A stretch of 64,000 nt of DNA from Solirubrobacterales bacterium (GTDB lineage: Bacteria > Actinomycetota > Thermoleophilia > Solirubrobacterales > 70-9), in the NCBI GenBank assembly GCA_046330415.1, contig JAXLSW010000009.1:3162-67161 (forward strand). Reading direction: 5' to 3'. The notes under the pieces were generated by a model that saw only the letters and a program-made list of their open reading frames with translations, made no database searches and was not told where the DNA came from. The position numbers and the translations under genes were made by a program. Below are positions 63,507 to 64,000 of the stretch, piece after piece; the stretch's first letter is position 1, and every line of letters starts with the position of its first letter.

Positions 63507-64000
63507 TCGCGCCCCTGCTCGCGCAGACCGACGGGCTCAGCACCGTCCCCGTCGACCGCGGAGCGATCCTGATCGCGGGGATGGCCGCGATGTTGATCAC
63601 GATCTTCCTCGGCCCGAAGTTCATCGAGAAGATCCGCGAGCGCGAGTTCGGCCAGCAGATCCGCGAGGAGGGCCCGGAGGGTCACCACTCCAAGGCGGGG
63701 ACGCCGACGATGGGCGGGCTCATCATCTTCGCCGCGATCTCGGTCCCCTACCTGGTGCTCTCAGACCGCGACACCGAGAGCCTCGCCGTCTTCGGCATCG
63801 CGCTTGGAAGCGCCGCCCTCGGGTTCGCCGACGACTACATCAAGATCATCAAGCGGCGTTCGCTCGGGCTCTCGGCGCGCTGGAAGATCTCCGTCCAGAT
63901 CGCGCTTGCAGTCGCCCTCTGGTGGCTCGCCTTCGAGCAGGTCGGGCTCGACGCCCGCCTGCAGATCCGGGTCTTCGACGCGGACATCTACTTCGGCCCG
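63503..64000 (+). CDS. mraY: Phospho-N-acetylmuramoyl-pentapeptide transferase, N-terminal part (3' end lies outside the window)
   Basis: GQQIREEGPEGHHSKAGTPTMGGL...GFADDYIKI. GTGA overlap with murF. Confidence 0.9.
   Translation, partial: MIAPLLAQTDGLSTVPVDRGAILIAGMAAMLITIFLGPKFIEKIREREFGQQIREEGPEGHHSKAGTPTMGGLIIFAAISVPYLVLSDRDTESLAVFGIALGSAALGFADDYIKIIKRRSLGLSARWKISVQIALAVALWWLAFEQVGLDARLQIRVFDADIYFGP

Overview
Very G+C-rich bacterial chromosomal segment. Gene content looks Actinomycetota-like: an MMPL transporter, a secretin-less Tad locus, an R/D-rich insertion in Rho, and dcw order mraZ-rsmH-ftsL-ftsI-murE-murF-mraY. Placement in Thermoleophilia or Rubrobacteria is only a guess.

I call about 55 protein genes, 2 tRNAs (Glu-CUC, Leu-CAG), 1 cobalamin riboswitch and several operator or terminator candidates. 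There is no rRNA, CRISPR array, transposase or integrase.

Layout:
- 1-20.7 kb: accessory metabolism and envelope genes. These are a GMC oxidoreductase, three TetR regulators across the window, MMPL, an epimerase, a Na+/H+ antiporter, GH31, an amidohydrolase, secreted FG-GAP and RTX-like proteins, and an aldehyde dehydrogenase with a GAF regulator.
- 20.9-23.4 kb: a tRNA-Glu-adjacent, less G+C-rich islet holding a beta-helix secreted protein and a gene remnant.
- 23.4-31.7 kb: a PucR-type regulator with a flavin monooxygenase, a CRTAC1-like protein, a GATase, a patatin-like lipase, and an A/T-richer HTH+LAGLIDADG cassette next to tRNA-Leu.
- 31.8-35.7 kb: a Fur-family-regulated TroA/Znu-type metal ABC importer.
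- 35.8-38.5 kb: a second GH31 and a cNMP-binding protein.
- 38.6-45.2 kb: a cobalamin-riboswitch operon.
- 45.3-49.3 kb: glpD, an atypical rho, an NfeD-like gene and an orphan.
- 49.5-55.4 kb: a Tad pilus locus with an embedded two-component system.
- 56.5-64 kb: the start of the dcw cluster.

Most interesting is the riboswitch operon. It encodes two DUF4430 (transcobalamin beta-domain-like) secreted proteins, an ECF T/A module, and an ECF S-component fused to a prenyltransferase-like toroid with a sorting-signal-like tail. I propose it is a cell-surface corrinoid capture-and-import system.

Caveat: at least four, possibly seven, single-base-deletion-type frame breaks and one in-frame TAG interrupt otherwise good genes. 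The frame breaks lie in or near short G/C runs. Assembly error must be excluded before any pseudogene biology is claimed.

All calls rest on reading the supplied ORF translations and the DNA by eye. No searches were run.
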